A stretch of 64,000 nt of DNA, taken from assembly GCA_039621445.1 (NCBI GenBank), contig CP154954.1, positions 4,330,714-4,394,713 of the forward strand, in the 5' to 3' direction. Positions 25,712 through 37,200 of the stretch are shown here, piece by piece. Each line of letters starts with the position of its first letter. The stretch's first letter is position 1. The notes below the pieces were generated by a model. The model was not told the DNA's origin and did not search any database. It saw nothing but the letters and a program-made list of their open reading frames with translations. The DNA is from Euglena gracilis. Lineage: Eukaryota. Both the position numbers and the translations under genes were made by a program.

Positions 25712-28700
25712 GTTGGAATTGGAAGCATGGCCCATTGCCTTGCGGTTTGCTGGGGCGGCCCCAAGGACCGCCCTCGGTGGCAGGCTCGGCCGGAAGTCGG
25801 GTGGGCTCAAAGAAGGGCTCGGCCGGGTTGCTGGTCCGGGGCAAGGCGTACTCTCCAGCGTCGACGTCCATCGGGCGCACATGACTGCGCCGAAGCCTCC
25901 GGCGCCTTGACAACCCTTGAGGAGGGAGCGGGGTGGCATGAGCTGTGGGGGCCCAACCCATCACCGGGATGGCGGGCCCCACTGGGAACCAAACAGAAAA
26001 TTTTTACTTGAAAATGGTCACTGTTTGTGGTCGCCTCCGACGTCACATTGAAAACGATGGCGGGAAGGAGAAGGGGGGGGGGTTAAAAATCATCGCCAGA
26101 ATTCAATTGGAGCTAGGCTTCTTTTTTCAGGATGGTCGCACCCCGGAGGGGGTTGTGGGTTCTGCACGAGGGGGGAGGATACCTCTGGTTTTCTAGCTGG
26201 AAAGAAAGCCACCAGCTGTACCCTCCCGGGGGGAGGGGGTCCGTGGGGTCTCTCTAACCGGAAAACATTTCTTCTCCGGCGCTGCGTGCCAAGTTAAAAA
26301 GCTTGTGAAATTTTACTTTACTGTGAAATCCCGGACGACAAAAACGGGCACATTTGGGGGGGTTGTGAGTGGGGGGGGGGTTTACAGCTCAAAGAATATT
26401 TGAGCTATAAAAGAACTGTCAAAATAAAATACCGACCCCCAAAAAACCCCAAAGGTCCACTTTTGTAATAAAAAAAAAGTTTGATTGTGCCATGAAGTGC
26501 CAAAAAATCAGCTTTTCAGCGTTCTATGGACAAAAAAAAATCGTCCCCGGCGTCGTTCATTTTTCTTCCTGGGGGGGTAAATCAAAGTTTGTTGGGTCGG
26601 CCCGAGGGGGGGGGGGTTGCAAAGAGGGGGGTACGAACGGGGTTGGGGATCCACTCAAAAAAGAGGGAGGGGAATCCAATACATCAAATTTTGCAGTAAC
26701 ATGATGGGCAACGAGGAGTCCAGGGAAACAAGTTGCGGCATAGGGACCACAGTATCGCATCTTTGACTTGTTTGAGTCACGGACCTCTTGAGAGGGGTGG
26801 CCTCAAGACATGAGAAACCTACTTTGAGCAGTCATGTGGTGCTCATACGGAGGCGGAGGACAGCACTGGTGCGGCAGCACGCCAGGGGTTCTCGTAGGGA
26901 TGGAGCAGCCCACTGAAAAACAAAAGATAGACTAAAATAACTGTTGTAAAACCTTAGGGAATAATTTAAAATATGTATAAAAAAACAACAACCCAGCGTC
27001 GATAGTTTGTTTTGATTGTTTGTCTTCTTTTTACAAAATGCATCTGTTTTCAAATTCCATTCACACTGCACAAAATGGGCAATGCAAACAGGTTACTTTA
27101 AGGAACCTTGTTGGCCCTCTTTTGAGCTCGCTCTTCAAAGCTCGCCTGTTCCACACCGTGCTCCGGGAAAACTGCACACACCCCCGTCCGGTTTACGCTT
27201 CGGCGGAAAACAACCATTGGGAAACACCGGCCAACCCCACACCCCTGCCCTGCTTGGCACCGTTTGTTGAACCGGCTGGGAGGGGGGGCAAACCAAAACG
27301 CCTCCGGGCACCGGTCGGGGGAAGCCCCGAGCAAGGCGGGGGTGTGGGGGGCCGGGGGGCCCCCGAGGGGAGCGCGGCGCAGCGGACGAAGGGGGCGTCG
27401 GAACCCACGCTGGCGTCCGAGCTGGCGGGGCTGGAGGGGGAGGGGGCTGCGGGACAGGCCAGGGCTTGTCCCATTGCCTCGGGGGGGGGGGGGCTGCTGA
27501 GTTGCGGGCAAATAATCTAATTTTTTCTGTTTTCTTGTTTATTTCTAATTATTTTTAATTTATTTTCTAATTTCTAATTTCTTTCTAATGTCTAATTTAT
27601 TTCTAATGTCTAATTTATTTCTAATGTCTAATTTATTTCTAATGTCTAATTTATTTCCAATTTCTAATTCATGTCTAAATCATTTCTAATTATTTCTAAT
27701 TTATTTTCTAATTTCTAATTTATTTCTAATTTCTAATCATTTTTTTCAAGTGACAGATTAAGTTGTAGGTCAACTGGACGAATGGGCTCCTTTGTCGACA
27801 ACCGCAGTGGGTGGAGTGTTGGGGGGAATTTGACAAATAAAAACCACAAAACCCACCACTGCAGGATTTTTGGCCCGCGTCAGGGGATTTGGTATGTGTC
27901 CAGTCAACCATTTTTTTGTGTATCCACCATGGCACCCAGTCAAAGAAAATTCCAAAGGCACTGAAAGAAAAATTTGCCAAAAATCGGCACCCCCGGAAAT
28001 ACGAGGGAGGGGGGGGGTCGCCCCCCCCGCCTGCCACCAGTATGGGGGTGGAGGGTTCATCGAGCCCTCCCCAACCACCACCCATAGGGTTGCGGGGTTT
28101 GCCATACAGCCCTGGATGAAAAGGAAGCATTTGAGGTTGGGGTTTGGTCCTCCAAACACAGAGGTGGGGCGGACCCCCGCTGACAAGTCGATACTGAAAG
28201 GGGTCGGCAAAAATTTCGGTTGTGTAAACTCGCCAAAGGCCGTGAAACAGGTCAAACTTGCACAAGAATCCTGATGTTTCTTTGGAAAAAACCCAATTCA
28301 AAGATGCTCATTTTTTTGAATTATTTGAATAATTCAAATAATTTTTTGTGTGGAAAACACCAAATCATAAAAAGGTGTGCAACCCCATCGGACCCTCTGG
28401 TCCAGACCCCACACCACTTTACACCCCGGAGTGTGCAGGGGGTGTTCGGGACCACCGCTACCACGAAATATTGCAGTGCAATAATGAAATGTGATGTCGA
28501 TGTTGCAGACTTAAACATGACTTGTCCCTCTGTGGCACCCCTCCAGGTGACGATAGCTGATACCCTTCCCCCTGCCGCCAAAGACCCCTGTCAATTTGTT
28601 GGGGGTGGGCCCAAGGAGGGTGTTCAGGGGGCAGGAGCGGGGGGGTCCCCCTCCCTCCTGGACCAGAGGTGGGGTTCGACCCCCCACCTACCTCATATCG

Positions 28701-31700
28701 AACCTCGCCAGCAGGTCGACTGCTTTGGGTTGAATGGTTAAGGGCTTTACTACAGAGTCCCTGAAGCGCTGGGCTTCCTGCTGGTGCCCCAAATGAGTTA
28801 ATTCCTAAGTGGGGATTTGCAATAAAAAAATACAAACAATAAAATAAACAAAAACAAAACAAAAAAAACAATAAAATAAAAACAAAAAAATAAAAAAACC
28901 TGATTTTTAAATGCATTCGGGTCAAACATTGACCTTTGATCATGTTGCTCTTGGGAAGGCCCAGTCAAAACATCACAACAGTTGGCTCACTCGAGCAGAC
29001 CGACCTGGCTGGAGAACGCAGGGGAGACTTTGACACGTTGTCCACAGAGGGCCATTGTGGCTCCTTGAACAAAGATTTCATGTGAACCTGATTCCTGTCC
29101 AATTCAACACGTTTGTGTTTGCATATGCTTGACCTCCCACATGTATAACATTCAAAAACATATATTACTCTGCATGTTTAGGAGCTGGAAATCAAGATGA
29201 AATATTTGATTGAAGGGTGCAAAATCTGACCTGTTGAAGACTTTCCACAGGTGGTTGAAACTGCCCAAATTGCTCACAACCTCACGTGGCTGACAACCTT
29301 CGACATAGACGAGAGGTAAGCATGCGCCAATGCTCATGGAAACAAGCAGCAACTTTTCTTCGTCTCCCCACAGAGGGGTAAAATAGGCAGGTGCTCAGGT
29401 TGAAATAATTTCAACATTGTTTCCCACCATCTCAGGACAGAAAATGTTCATGACCACAAAGAAGCGGAACAATGTAAGAAAGGCAGATGTCACGACTGCA
29501 ATCAACAATCACCCAGACAACTCGGACAGCCAACTGTCGTTGATGAGACTGCAGAATCTTGAGCAACAGCAGACAACTGTCATTCTACCATAAAAAAAAA
29601 GGCCGTAAACCTTGATGAAAGGTTTAAAGATGAAAGGCAGGTGAAGGGAGGGTCTGCATGCGAATCACACAACGATTGTGCACATATGGGGAGGAAGACT
29701 TATCCATGTCTGGGGGGGGAGTGTACGTCCCACCCCGGCTTTTCTACTTATGCTTTCCTCCTGAAAAGTCCGTGGGGGGAGTAACAATAAAATTTGCTTC
29801 CCTTTCCCCTTTTTATTGCAAAGCACAAAGGCAAAGAGAATTGGTGGGACCGCAGTCCCTTAGCGAAAGCTTAGCGACAGTAACTGGTTCCTAATTCAAG
29901 GTTACAGGGTTTGGTGCTTTGCAATTCTCTTTTAGAATTCTGAGGGCGAAGTCCCATTTGAACAGAAGTTTTATTTCTTTTTTTTACAAAGCTCGGAGGA
30001 GAAACACCACCACCCAAATGAGCAGGGCACAAAACCAAGCGGAAATTGCCTGCACGCCGCCTGGGCCGCCTTTGAACCCGTCCACTCCACCCGCACGTTG
30101 GCGCCGCAGGGGAGCATGAGGGAGGAGACCATTTTGAGCAAGAAGAGTTACTGTCGGAGAGGGAGCTGGGAGGGAGGCGGACGCACTGGAAGAAATCATT
30201 GATTTTTCAGCTCTCGTTTTTCATTGTTCAAAATTGAAAATATTTAAGGAAAATTAAAAAGTTTAAAATTCAATAAAAATAATAATAAAACATATTTTTT
30301 TTCATTTCTTCATTTTTTCATTTTTTGATTTCCTCATTTTTTTTTAGTTCCGTTCTGCACTTCATTCATGCACCACTCTGAACAACCCCCAGATGGTTCT
30401 GTTGGAGGACGTGCACGTGGGAAACATAACATTGTGTGATGGTGGAAGGGAACTGAATGCCGAGCAAGCACCTCTGGTCAGCCATGCCCTTGGGCCCAGC
30501 ATCGCCCAGCATCGCCCAGCATCGCCCAGCATCGCCCAGCATCGCCTTTGGAGCACTATACCTACAATGCCTGCTGCTTTTGCCGCTCCACCCCACTTTT
30601 GGCTACTTTTGGCCATCTTTGGTTGCTTTTTGACCATTTTGACCAATTTTGACTGCTTTTTGACCACTTTTGCCCATATTTGCTGCCTTTTGACCAATTT
30701 TGATTGCTTCTTGACCACTTTTGCTGCTTTTTGCCCACCTTTGCCCATTTCCAACCACCTTTGCAGCTTCTTGATCACTTTTGCTGCTTTTTGACCACTT
30801 TTGGCCCCTTTTGCCTGCTTTTTGACCACTTTTGACAACTTTTGTTGCTTTTCAACCACTTTTGCCCACGTTTGCTACTTTTTGCCCACTTTTGGCCATT
30901 GTTGCAGCTTTTTGATCGCTTTCATTTTTTTTGCCCACTTTTATTGCTTTTTGACCACCTTTGCCCACTTTGCCCACTTTTTTTACCACTTTTGCTGCTT
31001 TCTGACCACTTTTACCCCACTTTTGCCTGCTTTTTGACCACTTTTTGACCACTTTTGCTGCTTTTTGTCGGCACAGGATGTGGTGCAGGCCTGTGAGATG
31101 GCAACATCGAGTGCAAGTTGCAAGCCTCTTGCCGGTCAGACAAACAAAGTCCAAAACAGTTGTTGCGCTGGAGGGTGGAGGGAGATGCATCTTGTCCACC
31201 ATCTACACGTTGTCCAGTTTCTGCATCCAGTTCATCTTGTCCAGCATCGGCATCTTGTCCAGTGTCTTGTCCACCATCTACATGTTGTCCAGTGTCTGCA
31301 TCCAGTCCATCTTGTCCAGCATCGGCATCTTGTCCAGCATCTGCATCTTGTCCAGCATCTGCATCTTGTCCAGCATCGGCATCTTGTCCAGTACCTTGTC
31401 CACCATCTGCATTTTGTCGAGTGTCTGCATCCAGTTCATCTTGTCCAGCATCGGCATCTTGTCCAGTGTCTGCATCTAGTTCATCTTGTCCAGCATCTGC
31501 ATCTTGTCCACTATCTGCCCAGTATTCATCCGTTGGCTGCTGACCAAGCCAAAATAACCACAAAAGCCCAAAAAATGGCCACAAAAAGCCCAAAAGACCC
31601 CAAAAGGCCCCAAAAAGCAACCAAAATAACCAAAAATTGCCCAAAAACACCAACAATGTCCAAAAAAGATTGTGAAAAATGACCCAAAATCACCAAAAAA

Positions 31701-32059
31701 GTGCAAAATGGCCAAAAATGCATTAAAATCTGTCTAAAAATCTCTAAAAATATCTAAAAAATGCTTCAATTCTCCAAAATATACAAAAAAATGCCAGCAT
31801 CGCCCAGCATCCCCCAGCATCGCCCTGCATCGCCCAGCAACACCCTGCATCGGAACCCCACCTCTGGTCTCCAAAAATCCAGCATCGCCCAGCATCGCCC
31901 AGCATCGCCCTGCATCGCCCAGCATCGCCCAGCATCATCAGAGGTGCTTGATGCCGAGGCAAGAAACAGAATGCAGTTGCCGCACCGAAACCGCCCCCCC
32001 CCCCCCCCCTCCCACGCCCCACCCCCCCGCCCCCCCCCCCCCCCCCCCCCTCCCCCCCG

Positions 32060-32107
<48 letters not shown>

Positions 32108-32307
32108 CCTGGATGACCGATCTGTAAAAGAAAATATAACACTGTTAGGCAGAAAAACACTGTGGGAAAGGAAATCTTCCAACTGGAGGATGCTCTGCAG
32201 AGTCTGAAATGCCTGAGTGAGAGCTGCGGATCCAAAATGATGGAAAGCCCGGAAAAAAGGGGACTGCCGGGTCCAGTCCCCGGCAGTGGGGGGCGTGCAG
32301 AGCTCAT
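25712..32307 (-). CDS. Putative tandem-BRCT-domain protein with Ser/Pro-rich C-terminal region; 3' end not located
   Basis: Approximate exons: ~32215-32307 ([22 protein letters not shown]), ~30050-30148 ([22 protein letters not shown]), ~29515-29577, ~29281-29370, ~29005-29063 ([17 protein letters not shown]), ~28748-28777 (EAQRFRDSV), ~28535-28579 ([12 protein letters not shown]), 27775-~27810 ([11 protein letters not shown]). Then three in-phase GT-AG-bounded exons 27312-27446, 26823-26912, 25712-25942 (135, 90, 231 nt). The BRCT call is pattern recognition (LF.G....., GG.V) only. Confidence 0.5.
27520..27737. repeat. AT-rich TTTCTAAT tandem repeat
   Basis: Direct reading. Confidence 0.85.
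30490..31935. repeat. Composite tandem-repeat block
   Basis: (CATCGCCCAG)n at both ends, degenerate TTTTGACCACTTTTGCTGC repeats, and CATCTTGTCCAG-based ~18-bp repeats at 31188-31510. Confidence 0.85.
31991..32108. repeat. Poly-C tract (~118 nt)
   Basis: Direct reading. Confidence 0.95.
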
Positions 32308-32447
32308 GGGTCAGCCCAGGGGTGCCCAGCGGCAGCTGTGTCTTTCAGAGGGCGAATACAGAACGACGACGAGACGCGGGGTGGGGGCAAGAGTACCAGC
32401 ATTGGCACCGCGCGTCTGGTCGGGGGGAGGGAGGGAGGCCCCGCGAC

Positions 32448-32749
32448 CATACCATTGCTTAGCGACCCCCGGGGGGGGAGGGGGGGTTACTTTCCACTCC
32501 GGAAAAACCAGTCAGTCACTTTTCCCCAAAAAAACCAGCCAGTCACTTTACCCCCCCCCCCGGCCACTCTTCAGGAGGCAATGAAAATGTGCCAAAAAGT
32601 CTCAAAAAATCCAAAAAAAATTCCGGCGCCAGACCAGCCACTTTTCCCATTTTCGGGCCTACCCCTCCCCGGGCCTGGGGGTCTGGGCCAAAAAAACCAG
32701 TCAGTCACCCCCCCCCCCGGGGGTAGGACAGGTGTTAAGCAATGGTATG
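32448..32749. mobile_element. hAT-like MITE with CAT termini
   Basis: TIR CATACCATTGCTTA / TAAGCAATGGTATG; TSD CCCGCGAC/CCCGTGAC. Confidence 0.85.
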
Positions 32750-33041
32750 CCCGTGACACAGCCCCAGGGGAAGGGCAGCCACTACGTGGCAGCCCTGGCC
32801 GAGGGGGCGGTCACGGGAGTTGGTTGGGAATGGGAATTAATTGGACGGGGGCGGACAAAGTACTGAATCAGAGGGGCAGTGGGGAGAAAACAAATCGCTG
32901 GAAAAACTTTCAAAACTTTCAGGGATTTCCAGTGCTGAAAGATCGCGCTTTTTCAAAACTGATTATAAACGAGATGAAAATTTTCGGTGCAAAGCGCCGG
33001 GGAATTTTTGGTGGAACATTTGGGGGATCATGCCCCCTGGG

Positions 33042-33472
33042 CAGGGTTCGATATAAGGACAGGTGGGGGGGGGGTGGTCCGACCCCCCCCTGCGGGCCAG
33101 GAGGGGGGGGGAGTGGGGGGGACACCCCCCCCCACCTAAACAGGTGCGCGGTCAGGGTGGCCGAATTTTCGGCCCGGCGCGAAGCGCCGGGCCGAAAATT
33201 TTTGACCCCCAAAACGACCAAAAGTGCCATTTTGGGCACTTTTTGGGCAAAAATGTGCCAAAAATGCAAAAAATTTTCGGCGCGAAGCGCCGGAGGCAAA
33301 AATTGACCCTTTTTGGGGGGGGTCAATTTTTGCCCCCGAGGGTCGGTCCGGACCCCCCTTGCAGGTGGGGGGGGGGGGTGGTCCGGAACCCCCCTGCGGG
33401 CCAGCAGGGGGGGGGGTGGGGGGGGACACCCCCCCACCTAAACCATGTACGCCCTCCTTATATCGAACCCTG
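33042..33472. mobile_element. hAT-like MITE
   Basis: Perfect 17-bp TIR CAGGGTTCGATATAAGG; perfect TSD CCCCTGGG. Confidence 0.92.
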
Positions 33473-34267
33473 CCCCTGGGCCAAGAGATGGGGGGTGCTA
33501 GTAGCTGCAACTAAAACATAGGTCTAATCCCGAGGGAGCTAACTTTTCCCAGAATTCTGCAAACTCATAAACAGAAAATAAATGGTGCCGACTCCGGATA
33601 TTAGAAATATTAAACTGAAATATAACCGAACCCATACCACATGACATCCCACAAAACTCAGGACCCTGTCAAATCCAGATGGACCAGAAAGGTGGGGCGT
33701 TAAACGGAGGCCTGTGCCATTGACAACAGCGATAAGACCGCTCGGAATGGTTTTCCACCGTAAGGTGCAGTACGGGCGACGCGCCATGGCATATGTATAT
33801 GCTGCGGCACCTTTCCCAAGGAGAACATTGCTGAGTTGAAACTGCAAAAATAACCCCAAAAACTGCCGAAAAAACCATTCCACCCCGGGATTTAGGCAGG
33901 CTAGATCTTCCGATCCATTTTTGCCCATTTTTGGCCGAAAGGCAAAAATCTGAATGACACTCGTGGACAGGGAGGGGTCCGGGGCTAGAAAAGGGCTGCT
34001 GCTGGCTGGGTTCCCATCGACTTCAGCAAAATCCTGTTCTGAACTTGAAGAACGATCCCCTTGGGGGAGCCCATTGCCCTCTTTCACAAACCAGGTGGTT
34101 GTTTTTCGAACCACCACCAGTCAGTCTTCTTACCTCCTCCCCAGCAGGGCCGGTCACTCTTGCCACTCGGTTCTCACCGAGCGCAGAACTGGTCAATTCC
34201 TCGGGGACACAGATCAAGTAATGGCGCGGCCCAGGGGGTCCACTCTTCGTGGCTGGTGCCCGGCGGT

Positions 34268-37200
34268 TCATTTAAAGCCCAGGCGGAGGCTTCCATCGGC
34301 CTCAGAGCACTGTTGCGCACCTCGGTGGACTCTTCGCCGCGACCTGGAATGGAGCACTGTGGGGGGTTGCCACTGACAACGTGTCAACAGCAGCATAGAC
34401 AGCGATCGCCCACTGCATATCCAGGTTACAGTGAAGCACTCCTGGACATGGGGGACCAATGTGGTCGGACGCGACGAAAAGTTCAAAAGTTTCAGCCCCC
34501 GACTGGAACTAGGCCCGAGCTGAGGTGGATCCGAACCAGAATTTGGCACCAGAAATCGAAACTGCAAAAGTGGTCGAGAATCGCCAATTAAAATAAATAT
34601 TTTGACCCGAAAATTTGGCTGGCTAGCTGTTTCCTGCCCCCTTTTGCCAACTTCGATAGATGGGGGGGCTAGAGCTTGAAAAAGGTGGCTGGCTGGCTGG
34701 ACCCAACCCTGGGGATGGAGTTCCTGTCGGCTTCAGCAAATCCCTGTTTTGAGCCCGTTTGAAAAATCAAAAACCATTTGATAATCCCTCGTCCCTGAAA
34801 CGGTCTCCCTCATCGACGGGGGGCTGCCCACGAGAGGCCAACCCGCCTGCCGCCACCCCGGGCTGCGGTACGGTGCCCTGGACCAGCCGGACGACCTCCC
34901 CGTTCAGGTACGGGCTCTCCACCGCGACTTGCACCAGCGCCGCGAATTCCTCCGGCCGGCCGAGGCGCTTCGGGAATGGCACTGGACGCAGCAAATGGCC
35001 CGATGCTGGCTTTTGGGAAAACGTTGAGCGGTCAAGCAGACATCCTTCTCAAAAAAAAAAACGACACCCGGGTCTATTGTTTGGGCCGGTGCTCAACATC
35101 CTGGGGGTTCGTTTTTCCAGGTATTATATATGTATAATACTTATATATATGTGTAAGGAGAGAGGAGAGAGATTATATAGAGAGAGCGATAGAGGTGTTA
35201 TATATAATAATATATAGATCTAGATATATTATATAGATGATAATATATAGATAGAGATATATTGAGAGATAAGAGATATATATATATTATAATATATATA
35301 TATATATATATAGATATATATATAGATTTATATATATATATATATATATATAGTAATATATATATATATATATTATATATATATACATATTTGGATCTCC
35401 GGGGAAATTTTTCAGGAAAAAAAAGGTTAAAAAGTGCAAATTCTAACACAAATTAAATGGGCAAAAACAAAAAAGCCAAAAATGTCCCTTTGGGGCATTT
35501 TCACAACTTTAAGGGTTTAGCCTTCTCAATTCTTTCAAAAAATGCGGGGTGTCTTAATTAAATGACTTTGGTGTTTTGCTGAAAACTGAAGTGGGGCTGG
35601 AAATTTGGGTGTTTAGGGAAGGGAACTGCAACTGAACCCAGGGTGCACCAGCGAGGAAAAATACAATCCCAAATAAAATACCACATACATATATCTCACA
35701 ACTTCTTTCCTCGATTTGTTTTCACACGCAACAGAGATGACGGGGAAAGACTCAAAACAATCAATCACCATTACTGCATTTGTTTTCACCCCACCAACAC
35801 CCTTCTGAACAGCAAAAAGACTGTATGCACAATCAATTTTAAATGTGCTTTTGCCCATAAGGAATGGGAAAAATCACAAAATACTCGATCTTCGCTATGC
35901 ATACAGCCAAATTTACAAAGCCATCGTCTGGCCTGCTGGGCCAACACCTCCCGAGCCGCGGCGGGCACGGTCTCCGTCATCATCTGCGTCTCAAACATGC
36001 CGGGGGCGATCTGGAGGGGGGGGGGCGACGAAATTCATCCCAAAATTTTCGTAGGTCATATTGTGATCCCTACTCATTCGGCTTCGCAACTTTAAATAAA
36101 CACCCCAAATGTAACAGCCCCCCAAATAAAAAAAAAAATCCTCTGAGGACCTTGAAATCCCCCCCAAATATAAACCCCCCCCTCCGGCGCGAAGCGTGGG
36201 AAGGAAAGTTATATGACATAATATCTCCTCAAATTGTGATCCTTGGAAGATTTGGGAGCCCCCCAGATATAAACCCCCCGGTTTTATATTCGGAGGGAAA
36301 TTTCAAGACCCCCAGGGGCGTTTTATATTTTGGAGGGTTTTATATTCGGTCGGAAAAATCAACTTCTTGGCGGGATCCAGTAGTCGCTTTTCTTTTTAAT
36401 CACAGATACGCCCACCCTTGGGAGTCCGAACATTTCACTTTTAGGGCGAAGGAGCAAATTTCACATGTTTTTGGTAGGGGTTACGTCGCCGCATCAAGGC
36501 TACTCCAGAATTCCATCAACATGGCAAAATCGGAGAGTGGGTGGGGAGAAGTTTCTTGGGTGATTCGAAAATTACGGGGCATTTTGAATAAGTCCCGAAA
36601 AACGCAGGTTTTCCAATTGCTGCCACACCTCTTGCAAGATTTGAGCTTGGGGCCCACGTTTCAAAGGTGGCTACACTCGGGACGCCCATTGCAAAAGCCC
36701 TCCCCGTGCAGTGCAAAAGCCAGACCATGGCACACCAGACCATGACCTGAAAAGGCTTGGACTGCCCTATGGGGTTGCTCCCCCAAATCCAATGATCACT
36801 TTCCTGGGGGGAAGAAGCGGCCACAACCAGCAGAAGTGTAGACCTTAGTGGGGAGGGTCGCCCCCTTCAAAATCCGGTCACAAAAATATGCAAATGAAAA
36901 TTTTTCACTTTTTATTTCCTGGTTTGATGGGGAGGGATCAGGGGTTTTTTTTAGTCTTGGACCCCGTCCCCGGGGGGGAGGGGGGGTAAGGTGGACGGGT
37001 CTTGGACCTGGGCCTTGGACTCCCCTCCCCCCCCCCCTGGGGGCTGGGGGGGTGGGTATTGGGGCTGGTGGGTATTGGGGCTTTTTCGGGGCCGAATTAT
37101 TTTGGGGGCCCACCCCAGGGGGTGGGTGGGTGAGTGCTGACCCCCCCGGTCTTAAAAAAAAACCCTGGGAGGGATGTGACCTCTGCGCCTCAGGAGCTGC

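Noticed and set aside
25850-25925. GAGGFGAV resembling a protein-kinase glycine loop (ORF 25673-25939, minus)
   Set aside because: No downstream kinase motifs; splice phases and the synonymous-change pattern support a different frame ([16 protein letters not shown]).
26832-26856. LRMSTT* as the last exon of HSD17B10
   Set aside because: A better terminal exon DGSLRLGFK* with a paired intron stem lies at 34268-34297.
31012-31682. Long DAGQD/HLVQH repeat ORFs
   Set aside because: Open on both strands because of tandem repeats lacking stops; lies within an inferred intron.
32338-33521. Long Gly/Pro-rich ORFs (322 aa and others)
   Set aside because: They span two MITEs with G/C runs and have no coding-like composition or homology.
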